Below, in pieces: positions 1-8,948 of a DNA stretch of 64,000 bases (position 1 is its first letter; each line of letters opens with the position of its first letter). The translations under genes were made by a program, and so were the position numbers. Source of the DNA: an uncultured Ohtaekwangia sp. (lineage in GTDB: Bacteria; Bacteroidota; Bacteroidia; Cytophagales; Cyclobacteriaceae); contig CAZGFJ010000004.1 of the NCBI GenBank assembly GCA_964524935.1, positions 95,463-159,462 on the forward strand. The letters are read 5' to 3'. A model generated the notes under the pieces. The model saw only the letters and a program-made list of their open reading frames with translations, searched no databases and was not told where the DNA came from.

Positions 1-1
1 C

Positions 2-124
2 GAAGGGGAATTGGAGATCGGCCAGGTGTCGGCCGCGATCCGGGACATTCAACCCGCGGCCGACATTGTGCACGCAATCTGGACGGAGTACCTGGAAACC
101 AAAAAACGCATCACCGACTCATGA
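2..124 (+). CDS. 3' end of an unidentified gene that starts upstream of the window
   Basis: Open frame from the window edge (…EGELEIGQVSAAIRDIQPAADIVHAIWTEYLETKKRITDS*). Its TGA overlaps the next ATG (ATGA). GC-rich, backbone-like codon usage. Confidence 0.3.
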   Translation, partial: EGELEIGQVSAAIRDIQPAADIVHAIWTEYLETKKRITDS

Positions 125-510
125 ATGTACGGCAGATCAAAGAAACCTGCATTTACATGCGCGATTTAGAGCTGGCACGCAGCTTCTACCACGACCGGCT
201 GGGGTTGCCGGTGATCAGCCACGTCAAGGACAAACATATCTTTTTCCGGGTGGGCACGTCTGTCTTGCTGTGTTTTAACCCGGATGACTCGCGGCTGAAG
301 ACGAGCCCTCCGGGTCATTTCAGCGAGGGCAAATATCATTTCGCCTTTGAAATTCCGGCCCGCGAATACGAAGACCACAAACGCCACCTGAGCGAGCGCG
401 GCATCAACATCATGGATGAAGTTACGTGGGCCAATGGCTTGAAATCTTTCTACTTCGAAGACCCCGCGGGCAATGTGCTGGAGTTGGTACCGGAGGGTGT
501 GTGGGAGTAA
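121..510 (+). CDS. VOC (glyoxalase/bleomycin-resistance/dioxygenase) superfamily protein
   Basis: 129 aa. The beta-alpha-beta-beta-beta pattern and 'HFAFEI…FYFEDPAGNVLEL' are typical of VOC family proteins. Confidence 0.8.
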   Translation: MNVRQIKETCIYMRDLELARSFYHDRLGLPVISHVKDKHIFFRVGTSVLLCFNPDDSRLKTSPPGHFSEGKYHFAFEIPAREYEDHKRHLSERGINIMDEVTWANGLKSFYFEDPAGNVLELVPEGVWE

Positions 511-669
511 GGCTATGTTTTTTGTAGTGGTGCACCCCAAAAATCCACCTCGATCAGCTTCTTGGATTTTTCAAGTCGGCATGCTATTTTCGAAATAGGT
601 GCAGTTGTAGGTGGCTAGTGTTGGTGGCTTTGGGTCTGGGCAGTTTAGAAATCCAAACAGAAAATTGAG

Positions 670-1863
670 ATGAATAAACAAGATTTTAAATTCAATGGTG
701 ACTGGGAGTACGAAATTGACTTGCCAATGCTTTCTGGTTTTCAACAAAGGAAGGATCCTTATAATTCAGTTTCCGGTAACGCACCCAATAAAGGTATGTT
801 TAGACTAGAATTCGAAGACGACTTGACAGAAAATCCAGACCCTTATCCTGAGCAGTTAAATACCTTAAACTTTATTTTCGATAATCAAGATAAAATAGCG
901 AAATCAATTATTGACAGGACATTAGCAGAGCTAAATCAAATCAAAATTAGTTATGGCTTAGAGCGGGAAGAACACTATCAAAACCTAAATGAGCAAAAAA
1001 TCCAATCCTTAATTGGTTTCAGTTCACTGTATATTTACGTCATTTCAAAAGATGGTTTTTCATATTTTGATTTTTTAGGCGGCTGTAGTTGGGACGAAGA
1101 ACATGGACTAAGTATACTTTTTCATAAAGACAGGGTTATTTCATTTAGTGGAATTGACGGCAATTCCATCTTTGAAGCAAAAAGAGATGGTGGCTCATTC
1201 GGTAACAATCGGGATAACATCGTTCCTGAAAAGGAAAAGCCGATAAAATTCTTTCCTCATCCCAAGCACAACAAACTAAAACCTTCACATAAAACAGCAA
1301 ATGAGGCGTACGAACTAACTTTAATTTCGCAAGGACATAATGAAGATTTTATCAAAGGTGTTGAGAATGGAGAAATTGAGATAAATGGAAAGTGTAAAGG
1401 TGATGGGAAAACCTATCTAGAGGCAGCTTGCTGGCATAACAACAACTTTTTGGTTGGATATCTTTTGAGTAAAAAAGCAAACCTAAGATATGCACTACAT
1501 CAATGTATTGGACATAGCAATAATCCGGAAGCCTTGAAACTGTTACTTGGTAATGGAGCTGATATCAATGCCCAATATGAGAATGGCAATACTGTTCTAT
1601 TTGAAGTCGTAACAAACTTGGAGAGTTTTTATAGATCAACAAATTATTACAAACGAATAAAAAGACCTGATTTAATCACTAGAGATATTCTTGAAAGATT
1701 CGAAGCTGATAGAGTGAAAGTCAAAGAACTGATTAAACTTGGTGCTGATCCATTTATTAAGAACACCTATGGGCATAGTTGTTTTGACATAATGAGGAAT
1801 GAAGACGAAGGATCAAAAAACGAGTTAAATAGGTTTCTAGAACAATGCCTGAATGAGAGGTAA
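670..1863 (+). CDS. ankyrin-repeat protein with an N-terminal immunity-protein-like domain
   Basis: 397-aa ORF in an AT-rich island. The C-terminal half has ankyrin-type repeats (LLGNGADINAQYENGNTVLFEVV; LIKLGADPFIKNTYGHSCFDIM). The N-terminal domain has a 'GGCSWDEEHGLSILF' motif. Confidence 0.7.
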   Translation: MNKQDFKFNGDWEYEIDLPMLSGFQQRKDPYNSVSGNAPNKGMFRLEFEDDLTENPDPYPEQLNTLNFIFDNQDKIAKSIIDRTLAELNQIKISYGLEREEHYQNLNEQKIQSLIGFSSLYIYVISKDGFSYFDFLGGCSWDEEHGLSILFHKDRVISFSGIDGNSIFEAKRDGGSFGNNRDNIVPEKEKPIKFFPHPKHNKLKPSHKTANEAYELTLISQGHNEDFIKGVENGEIEINGKCKGDGKTYLEAACWHNNNFLVGYLLSKKANLRYALHQCIGHSNNPEALKLLLGNGADINAQYENGNTVLFEVVTNLESFYRSTNYYKRIKRPDLITRDILERFEADRVKVKELIKLGADPFIKNTYGHSCFDIMRNEDEGSKNELNRFLEQCLNER

Positions 1864-1870
1864 AACTGTT

Positions 1871-1998
1871 ACTAACTCTGCATATACATCGTTGTATATA
1901 ACGTGCTGATTTACTAACTTATATTTCGAATACGGTTTGTGCACGGGGTAGTGACTGGTGCCATACTGTGGCAACCTTGCACATACAAAGCGTTAACG
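1871..1998 (+). repeat. attC-like imperfect inverted repeat (island 1)
   Basis: Begins 8 nt after the stop codon with TTACTAAC and ends with GTTAACG (1992-1998). Internal pairing is cgttgtat/atacaa and tgtgcacgg/ccttgcaca. Its 3' half (gtagt..GTGCCATACTG..gcaca..aaagYGTT) is homologous to 14950-14990. Confidence 0.35.
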
Positions 1999-2048
1999 CT
2001 TACGCCACCGCAAACGAAAAAGTGTTTGAAAAGCCTTACCTTTGGACT

Positions 2049-2300
2049 ATGAACTGGCAGGATTACATAGTATCGGACAACGAGGTTTTACTAGGCAAAC
2101 CGACTGTTAAAGGGACAAGGATTTCCGTTGAGCATATTGTAGGACTTTTAGCACAGGGCTGGACGGAAAATGAAATCCTTGAAAATTTTCCACGACTGAC
2201 AAAACAGTCACTTCAAGCTGTATTTGCATATCTCCAAGACTGTATGCATGACGGTCTTTTATTTACCCCGATAAGAAAGACAGCCGGATTGACTTCATGA
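2049..2300 (+). CDS. DUF433 domain protein (putative antitoxin)
   Basis: 'LLGKPTVKGTRISVEHIVGLLAQGWTENEILENFPRLTKQSLQAVFAY' is the DUF433 signature. ATG 2049 is preferred over the upstream GTG 1968, which would run through the attC-like site. Overlaps the next gene by 4 nt. Confidence 0.75.
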   Translation: MNWQDYIVSDNEVLLGKPTVKGTRISVEHIVGLLAQGWTENEILENFPRLTKQSLQAVFAYLQDCMHDGLLFTPIRKTAGLTS

Positions 2301-2650
2301 AATTGTTAGCCAACGAAAATTTCCCACTGAAGAGTATTTTGTATTTGAGAAGCAAAGGTTTTGACATTCGTTCTATCGGGACAGACAATCCAAGCATTCA
2401 AGACAATATTGTGATGAATATTGCAATTGATGAGGCACGAACTATTTTGACTTTTGACAGAGACTATGGTGAATTGATTTTCAAACACAACTACAGGCCA
2501 AAAAAGGGAGTAATTTATCTGAGACTTGACGAATACACGGCAGACGAGCCAGGTAGAATAATTGAAGACTTAATCCATAAGAAAGAATTCAACTTTGATA
2601 ACGCGCTCACGGTAGTAGATATAAAAGGCGTAAGGCAAAGAAAATACTGA
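2297..2650 (+). CDS. DUF5615 (PIN-like / Mut7-C-like) putative toxin
   Basis: 117 aa. 'MKLLANENFP…ILTFDRDYGELIF' is typical of DUF5615 partners of DUF433. ATGA overlap with the upstream gene. Confidence 0.75.
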   Translation: MKLLANENFPLKSILYLRSKGFDIRSIGTDNPSIQDNIVMNIAIDEARTILTFDRDYGELIFKHNYRPKKGVIYLRLDEYTADEPGRIIEDLIHKKEFNFDNALTVVDIKGVRQRKY

Positions 2651-2738
2651 TGTTACGGTCACAACTCTCAATTGCGTAACCTACCTTGTCAGTTGTACTT
2701 GGCGAAGTGAGGTGATGCAGCCTAACGCTTGCCTCACA

Positions 2739-3038
2739 CTACTGCATCTGCCATTTCCACTGCCGAACGGGCTCGGGAGGGCTGGCAACCACTTGCTGCT
2801 GGCGCCACGCCTGGTAGTCTTTGAATTGCACACAATCATTGAGCAACTCGTTGTCCTGAAGGATACGGATGATCTTGTCGCGCTCAAAGGTTTTCCAAAA
2901 AAGTTCTTGCTCGCCCTTGGCCATGGCCGATATGCGTACGTATTCGATCCCCTTGTATACCTCTGGCTGCGGCTTCATATCTTTGTTGCTTTGTTTACTT
3001 TTATGCGAGGCCTCGTGGGCTTTGTAACCTCGTTTCAC
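2739..3038 (-). CDS. hypothetical protein
   Basis: 99-aa ORF with a protein-like composition (…EVYKGIEYVRISAMAKGEQELFWKTFERDKIIRILQDNELL…). Start is uncertain; an internal ATG would give MKPQPEV. Confidence 0.5.
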   Translation of the reverse strand: MKRGYKAHEASHKSKQSNKDMKPQPEVYKGIEYVRISAMAKGEQELFWKTFERDKIIRILQDNELLNDCVQFKDYQAWRQQQVVASPPEPVRQWKWQMQ

Positions 3039-3056
3039 CTTTTATTTGTGCACACC

Positions 3057-3953
3057 ATGGCAAAAACTGTGCTGCTTTTGGGAATCGCGCTTTGGCTAGG
3101 GGCCGGCTGCCAACCCTCCCATCCTCAACAACCTACGAGCCGCATGCTCCAACCGGATTTCAAAGACTATTGGTACTCGGGCCTGGCCGAAATCAGCAGC
3201 TATGACCTGGATCAATCGCGCTATGGCGAGCCGCGAAACGGCTCGGCCGTGCTCATTTTTGTGACGGAAGATTTTTCCAAAACAAAGCACGTGAAGCTGG
3301 ATGACCCCTCCCAAGCGGGGGCCGATAAAGAAAGTGTGCTCAAACTGAATTTTACTAAAAATTTCGTCACCGGCATTTATCCCTATTCGTTGATGTTGTC
3401 CTCGTTCATGCCCTTGACATCCGGGGGGCATGCTTTTAAACTCTCCATGACCGGCCAGGAATGGTGCGGCCAGGTGTACACGCAGGTGAACCAGCAGCCA
3501 AAGGGTTTTCGCGTCTTGTCGCGATCCTATTTTGAAAAAGAAGGAGACGAAGAAGAGGTACTGCCCTTGGTTTGGCTGGAAGATGAGGTATGGTCACTGC
3601 TGCGCATCGATCCGGCAAAACTACCCGTGGGTAACGTTGACATGGTCCCCGGCCTGTTCTTTTCGCGACTACTTCATGAACCCCTTCGTCCGGTGGCGGT
3701 GAGCGCGAAACTGGAGACACACGGGCAGGAATCGACCTACACCATCACCATGCCGTCTTTTGAACGCTCGCTCGCCATTTCCTTCCAGTCCACGTTTCCC
3801 TACGCCATCACGGGCTGGGAAGAGGCGTTTCAGGAGCGCGGCCAACGCGTGAGCACTACCGCCCGCTTGAAAAAAACGATTCGCACCGACTACTGGGCAA
3901 AAAACAGCAACGCGTTTCTGCCGCTGCGCGATTCGCTCGCCCTGCCACGCTAA
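3057..3953 (+). CDS. lipoprotein of unknown function
   Basis: ATG 3057 gives MAKTVLLLGIALWLGAGC, a lipobox signal peptide. The longer track ORF (2712..) overlaps the minus-strand gene and is not protein-like. Confidence 0.7.
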   Translation: MAKTVLLLGIALWLGAGCQPSHPQQPTSRMLQPDFKDYWYSGLAEISSYDLDQSRYGEPRNGSAVLIFVTEDFSKTKHVKLDDPSQAGADKESVLKLNFTKNFVTGIYPYSLMLSSFMPLTSGGHAFKLSMTGQEWCGQVYTQVNQQPKGFRVLSRSYFEKEGDEEEVLPLVWLEDEVWSLLRIDPAKLPVGNVDMVPGLFFSRLLHEPLRPVAVSAKLETHGQESTYTITMPSFERSLAISFQSTFPYAITGWEEAFQERGQRVSTTARLKKTIRTDYWAKNSNAFLPLRDSLALPR

Positions 3954-3963
3954 CGTTTCTGCC

Positions 3964-5121
3964 ATGCCTCTTGCCAACCAACGAACGAAGTTCACCCTGG
4001 CGCGCGATCACACGTTTCTGAACTGCGCCTATATGTCGCCCTTGCTCAAAAGCGTGGAGCAGGCCGGCATGGAAGGCATCCGGTTCAAACGCAATCCCGG
4101 TTACATGAAAGCCAGCGATTTCTTTGACGGCACGGAGAAGGTGCGCGCTGCTTTTGCCAGACTGATCCATGCGCCCGCGCAGCAGATCGCCATGATCCCT
4201 TCCGTTTCCTATGGCATGGCCGTGGTGATGAAAAATCTGTCCATCCGAAATGATCAGCACATCATCGTAGCCGATGGTCAGTTCCCCAGCAACGTGTACC
4301 CGTGGCTACGGGTGCAGGCCGATACGGGTGCCCGCGTACGGATCATCGATCCGCCCCCCACACGTGAGCACCGGGGCCGGCAGTGGAACGCACGCATCCT
4401 GGAATCCATCAACCACCAAACGCGGCTGGTTGCCTTGGGCAATATTCATTGGGCCGATGGCACGTTGTTTGACTTACAAGCGATCCGCCAGCGCACGCGC
4501 GAAGTGGCCGCCTGGTTAGTGATCGATGGCACGCAGTCGGTGGGCGCTTTGCCCTTTGATGTGCGTGCGGTGCAGCCCGAAGCGTTGGTGTGTGCGGGGT
4601 ACAAGTGGCTGCTGGGCCCCTACGCCATGGGCATGGCCTACTATGCCCCCGAGCTGAACGGAGGCATCCCGGTGGAGGAGAACTGGATCAGCCGGGTGAA
4701 CAGCGAGGACTTTACCGGATTGGTGAATTACCAACCCGAATACCAGCCCGGTGCCTTGCGCTATGACGTGGGCGAGCGGAGTAATTTTGTTTTGACCCCG
4801 ATGATGCTCGCGGCATTAAAACAAGTGCTGGCATGGAAGCCCTCCGCTATTCAACGGTATTGCCAACACATCACGCAGCAGGAAGTAATGCGTTTGCGCC
4901 AGCATGGCTTTTGGGTGGAAGAAGAGGCGTGGCGCGCCCATCACTTGTTTGGCATTCGCCTGCCGGCAGACATTCCGCTGGAAAAGGCCCGGAAAAAACT
5001 CGCGCGCGCAAAGATTTCGGTCTCGTTTCGGGGCGATGCCATCCGGGTATCGCCACACCTGTACAATACAACGCGAGATATTAAAACCTTAAGTGACGCC
5101 TTACTGGAACTAATCCCATAG
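3964..5121 (+). CDS. aminotransferase class V-fold PLP-dependent enzyme
   Basis: 385 aa. 'VIDGTQSVGALPFDV…LVCAGYKWLLGPYAMG' is a class V (cysteine desulfurase / isopenicillin-N-epimerase-like) PLP-lysine region. Confidence 0.8.
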   Translation: MPLANQRTKFTLARDHTFLNCAYMSPLLKSVEQAGMEGIRFKRNPGYMKASDFFDGTEKVRAAFARLIHAPAQQIAMIPSVSYGMAVVMKNLSIRNDQHIIVADGQFPSNVYPWLRVQADTGARVRIIDPPPTREHRGRQWNARILESINHQTRLVALGNIHWADGTLFDLQAIRQRTREVAAWLVIDGTQSVGALPFDVRAVQPEALVCAGYKWLLGPYAMGMAYYAPELNGGIPVEENWISRVNSEDFTGLVNYQPEYQPGALRYDVGERSNFVLTPMMLAALKQVLAWKPSAIQRYCQHITQQEVMRLRQHGFWVEEEAWRAHHLFGIRLPADIPLEKARKKLARAKISVSFRGDAIRVSPHLYNTTRDIKTLSDALLELIP

Positions 5122-5125
5122 AATC

Positions 5126-5773
5126 ATGAAGATGTTGGTGTTTCTTTTTATCGCCCTGGCGTGGAGTTTCGGCCGCGTCTTCGCCCAGCCCTACACGCTG
5201 GTGTTTCTGCACAAAAAAGCCCAGCCGCAGGAGCTGCCCAAAGAAAAAATTGATGAACTGATGCGTGGCCACATGGCCAACATGGATCGACTCGCCAGCG
5301 AAGGGAAACTGAAAGCAGCCGGCCCCTTTGACGGTGGAGGCGGTATTTTTATCTTCAATTCGGGCTCGGTCGATGACGTGCGCGCCTGGGTAGCCACTGA
5401 CCCGGGGGTGCAGGCCAACCGTTGGGATCTTGAGATCGTGCCCTACCAACCGCAGCTAGGCAATGTGTGCGTGGCTCCCGAGCCTTATCAAATGGTGTCT
5501 TATTCCTTCATCCGCTTCCAAGCCAACGTCTCCAAAGAAAATGTACAGCAGGCCGAAGCCTGGATGAATGCCCACCGCCAATACATAAAATCAAGGCTGC
5601 AAAATCAGCTCATCACCCATGTGTATCTGGGTGATGAAAATGACACGCTCGTTCTCACTTTGGGCGACTGGACTGCGGCCCAATGGACGGGGGATGAAGC
5701 CGTGAACCAGGGGCTTTTGGTGCCCGTGTTCAAAAAGTTATGGATTGCCAAAGGCAGTTTCTGCGAAAACTAG
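5126..5773 (+). CDS. secreted tandem YciI-like domain protein
   Basis: Signal peptide MKMLVFLFIALAWSFGRVFAQ, followed by a YciI-like 'GHMANMDRLASEGKLKAAGPF…VRAWVATDPGV' region. Confidence 0.7.
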   Translation: MKMLVFLFIALAWSFGRVFAQPYTLVFLHKKAQPQELPKEKIDELMRGHMANMDRLASEGKLKAAGPFDGGGGIFIFNSGSVDDVRAWVATDPGVQANRWDLEIVPYQPQLGNVCVAPEPYQMVSYSFIRFQANVSKENVQQAEAWMNAHRQYIKSRLQNQLITHVYLGDENDTLVLTLGDWTAAQWTGDEAVNQGLLVPVFKKLWIAKGSFCEN

Positions 5774-5932
5774 CGCGTGCCGAAGTTACTGCCGGAACCC
5801 GTGGCAAATCAATTTCGGGCTTGCATAACCTCAGCTGCTGATGGAGGGCAGCTCATATCTTTTTTTCTTTCGTTGTAATTATCACCCCCTGCCAGCGACC
5901 TATGGGGTGCGTGTAGGCGATACCAGACCAGC

Positions 5933-6418
5933 ATGAGCGCAGTGCCAGACCAGAAATTTACCGAGCTGATCGATCAGTCGCGGGGCATCATTTACAAAGT
6001 CATCCGGTTGTATGTGCGCAACCCCGAAGACGAGAAGGATCTTTTTCAGGAGATCCTGTTCCAGGCGTGGAAGTCGTACCCCCGCTTTGATGGCCGCTCT
6101 AAGTTTTCCACCTGGCTGTACCGCGTGGGACTAAACACCGTGCTCACGTTTCAACGAAGGCCCGACCTGGTGCGTGCCACGGATAACCTGGAGCCCGTGG
6201 GGGGCAGCGATCACTCGCACGAGCGAAACGAAAGCGTGGATGCCCTCTACCAGGCCATCCGCGAACTCAACGATATCGATCGGATGATCGTCACGCTGCA
6301 CCTGGACGGCTACGAGAACGAGGAGATCAGCGAGATCGCTGGTATTACCAAAAACCACGTGGCCGTAAAACTGCACCGTATTAAAGAAACACTGACCCGA
6401 AAACTGAAAGACCGATAA
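5933..6418 (+). CDS. ECF-type RNA polymerase sigma factor
   Basis: Region 2 'DLFQEILFQAWKSYPRFDGRSKFSTWLYRVGLN' and region 4 'NEEISEIAGITKNHVAVKLHRIKETL'. Confidence 0.85.
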   Translation: MSAVPDQKFTELIDQSRGIIYKVIRLYVRNPEDEKDLFQEILFQAWKSYPRFDGRSKFSTWLYRVGLNTVLTFQRRPDLVRATDNLEPVGGSDHSHERNESVDALYQAIRELNDIDRMIVTLHLDGYENEEISEIAGITKNHVAVKLHRIKETLTRKLKDR

Positions 6419-6422
6419 TATC

Positions 6423-7025
6423 ATGGACTTGCAACAGGCTTGGAATAAACTGCGCGATGAGCGGCTGAGCAAACCGACTGCGGAGGCGCTGAACATCGGC
6501 AAAAAGTCAAAACACCCGATTCAGAAGCTGAAGAATGCCTACCTGACCACCACCGTATTTGCCGTGGTATTCCTGTTCGTTTTCGTAGCGCTGTTTTTCA
6601 TGTTTTCCGAAGGTCTGATCCGTGCCTTTCTTTTGTTGATGATTGTTTCATACATCGCTGGGGTGGTTGTAAACTACCGCATGTACCGAAGGCTGGAGCC
6701 GGTGATCCCACCCGATCAGGACCTGAAATCCGTCCTGATCAATACCCATGCGCTGATCACCAAAAACATCCGGAAGCAAGAGTATGCGGCCTTGTTTGTT
6801 TACCCTTTTGCCGGAGCCACCGGCTTTTTCATGGGGGGTGCCACCGCCAGTGGCGACATCATGGGGATGCTGGCTAAAAAAGACGTGATCATCGCGCTGA
6901 TCGTTATGGTGATCGTATTGACACCCGCGTGCTTTTACCTGTCGCGCTGGATGTACCGCGTGTCGTATGGCAAATGCCTGAACGAATTGCAAGAGCGCAT
7001 CAACGCCCTGGACGATCCGGCCTGA
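6423..7025 (+). CDS. multi-pass membrane protein co-transcribed with the ECF sigma factor (possible anti-sigma or partner)
   Basis: Starts 4 nt after the sigma-factor stop. Has several hydrophobic helices. No recognisable zinc-finger anti-sigma motif. Confidence 0.6.
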   Translation: MDLQQAWNKLRDERLSKPTAEALNIGKKSKHPIQKLKNAYLTTTVFAVVFLFVFVALFFMFSEGLIRAFLLLMIVSYIAGVVVNYRMYRRLEPVIPPDQDLKSVLINTHALITKNIRKQEYAALFVYPFAGATGFFMGGATASGDIMGMLAKKDVIIALIVMVIVLTPACFYLSRWMYRVSYGKCLNELQERINALDDPA

Positions 7026-7101
7026 ATCTCGCCCCGGCCCCGTAGGGGCAACGTATCGGCAACCGAAACAATACCACCGCGCGGTTTTGTAGTTTTGGCC
7101 C

Positions 7102-7638
7102 ATGAAAAAAATGGCATTGGACGACCTTGGGCGTTTGTCGGTCGATCAATTCAAATCGGCAGAAAAAGTACCCCTCTGCCTGGTGCTCGACAACGTGCGC
7201 AGCCTCCACAACGTAGGCTCCGCCTTCCGCACAGCCGATGCCTTCCGCGTGCAAAAAATTTTCCTCACGGGCATCACGGGTACACCGCCCCACCGCGAAA
7301 TAGAAAAAACGGCCCTGGGCGCCACCGCCTCCGTAGACTGGCACTATGCCCCCGACACGGCTGCCCTGCTTCACGAACTAAAAACACAGGGGTGGACCAT
7401 CGTGGCGGTGGAGCAAACCACCGAAAGCATACCGCTGCAAAAATTTACCCCAGACGCCCACACCAAGCTCTGCCTCGTCTTCGGCAATGAAGTAAACGGA
7501 GTGAGCGAGGCCGCCATCGCCCTGGCCGACCATGCAGTGGAGATACCGCAGGCCGGCACCAAACACTCGCTCAATATTTCCGTGTGCCTGGGCATTGTGG
7601 TATGGGAAGTGTTTAAAAAACAGTCCCTTTCCGGATAG
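7102..7638 (+). CDS. TrmH/SpoU family RNA 2'-O-methyltransferase
   Basis: 'LDNVRSLHNVGSAFRTADAF', 'LVFGNEVNGVS' and 'IPQAGTKHSLNISV' are SpoU motifs 1-3. Confidence 0.85.
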   Translation: MKKMALDDLGRLSVDQFKSAEKVPLCLVLDNVRSLHNVGSAFRTADAFRVQKIFLTGITGTPPHREIEKTALGATASVDWHYAPDTAALLHELKTQGWTIVAVEQTTESIPLQKFTPDAHTKLCLVFGNEVNGVSEAAIALADHAVEIPQAGTKHSLNISVCLGIVVWEVFKKQSLSG

Positions 7639-7650
7639 GGAATCGTATCT

Positions 7651-8841
7651 TTGGGCGATTTCCTCCATGCCTTGAACACCGATCGCTATACCCAACGCGG
7701 GGTTTCCGCCAGCAAAGAAGATGTACACCGGGCCATCGAAAAATTGGACAAAGGATTGTACCCAAAGGCCTTCTGTAAAATCGTGCCCGACTTCCTGGCT
7801 GACGACCCCCACTATTGCACGGTGATGCATGCCGATGGTGCCGGCACGAAATCATCACTGGCCTACTTGTATTGGAAAGAAACGGGCGATCTGTCGGTGT
7901 GGAAGGGCATCGCGCAAGACGCCATCATCATGAACATCGATGACCTGTTGTGCGTGGGCGCTACGGGGCCCATCTTGCTGTCATCGACCATCGGGCGAAA
8001 CAAGCAGGTGATCTCTGGAGACGTGATCGCCACCATCATCGAAGGAACGGAAGACGTTTTGGCGATGCTGCGGAAACACGGCATGGAAATACACAGCACC
8101 GGTGGCGAAACGGCAGACGTAGGTGACCTGGTGCGCACGATCATTGTCGACAGCACGGTGACGGCACGCATGAAGCGCAGCGAAGTCATTGACAATGCCA
8201 ACATCCAGGCAGGCGATGTCATCGTGGGGCTGGCCTCGTTTGGTCAAGCCTCGTACGAACAAGACTACAACGGAGGCATGGGAAGTAATGGGCTCACGTC
8301 CGCACGACACGATGTGTTTCATCACTCCTACACCGCAAAATACCCCGAGACATTTGATCCGGCCGTGGACGAAAAGTTGGTGTACACAGGCCCACATAGG
8401 GTGACTGATCACCTTGCAGATGTGCCTGTAAATGTGGGCAAGTTGGTGCTGTCGCCCACGCGAACGTATGCCCCGGTGGTGATGGAGATTTTGCGAACCC
8501 ACCGCGCGGCCATTCACGGCATGGTGCATTGCAGCGGTGGCGCCCAAACAAAAGTCCTCCACTTTATCGACAAACTGCATGTCATCAAAGACAACCTGTT
8601 TGAAACCCCTCCGCTGTTCCGGTTGATTCAGCAATGCTCGGGTACCGATTGGAAAGAGATGTATAAAGTCTTCAACATGGGGCACCGGCTGGAGATCTAC
8701 ACGGATGCCACTACGGCCCGTCATATCATCGCCATCGCCTCCCAATTTCACATCGAGGCAAAAGTGATTGGTCACGTGCAAAGTGCCCCCGCGAAGCAAG
8801 TGACGCTGAAAACTCCCTCGGGCGAACACCGGTACTTTTAG
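7651..8841 (+). CDS. AIR synthase-related (PurM-like) protein
   Basis: 396 aa. 'RGVSASKEDVHRAI…HADGAGTKSSLAY…DDLLCVGA' is the PurM/AIR-synthase fold. The start is TTG 7651 or TTG 7672 (uncertain). Confidence 0.8.
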   Translation: MGDFLHALNTDRYTQRGVSASKEDVHRAIEKLDKGLYPKAFCKIVPDFLADDPHYCTVMHADGAGTKSSLAYLYWKETGDLSVWKGIAQDAIIMNIDDLLCVGATGPILLSSTIGRNKQVISGDVIATIIEGTEDVLAMLRKHGMEIHSTGGETADVGDLVRTIIVDSTVTARMKRSEVIDNANIQAGDVIVGLASFGQASYEQDYNGGMGSNGLTSARHDVFHHSYTAKYPETFDPAVDEKLVYTGPHRVTDHLADVPVNVGKLVLSPTRTYAPVVMEILRTHRAAIHGMVHCSGGAQTKVLHFIDKLHVIKDNLFETPPLFRLIQQCSGTDWKEMYKVFNMGHRLEIYTDATTARHIIAIASQFHIEAKVIGHVQSAPAKQVTLKTPSGEHRYF

Positions 8842-8948
8842 GACGCTGACCGCAAGGGCAGGCGCTTTCGCAACGGCTTGCCATTGATGTAATTTTTATC
8901 GCGGGCGCAGCGTGTTTGTCTACTTTCGTGATCAAATCCCCTTTTGGC

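Noticed and set aside
539-571. Hairpin aaaaatcca…tggattttt after the VOC gene as a terminator
   Set aside because: The stem is almost entirely A/T with a 15-nt loop. That is too weak to call a rho-independent terminator.
1968-2048. GTG-initiated extension of the DUF433 gene
   Set aside because: It would translate through the attC-like repeat ending at GTTAACG (1992-1998). DUF433 proteins are about 80 aa, which matches ATG 2049.
2712-3056. N-terminal 115-codon extension of the lipoprotein ORF
   Set aside because: It overlaps the better minus-strand ORF 2739-3038. The extension is not protein-like, and the internal ATG 3057 gives a perfect lipoprotein signal peptide.
7981-8829. 282-aa minus-strand ORF
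   Set aside because: It is antisense to the PurM-like gene and has no motifs.
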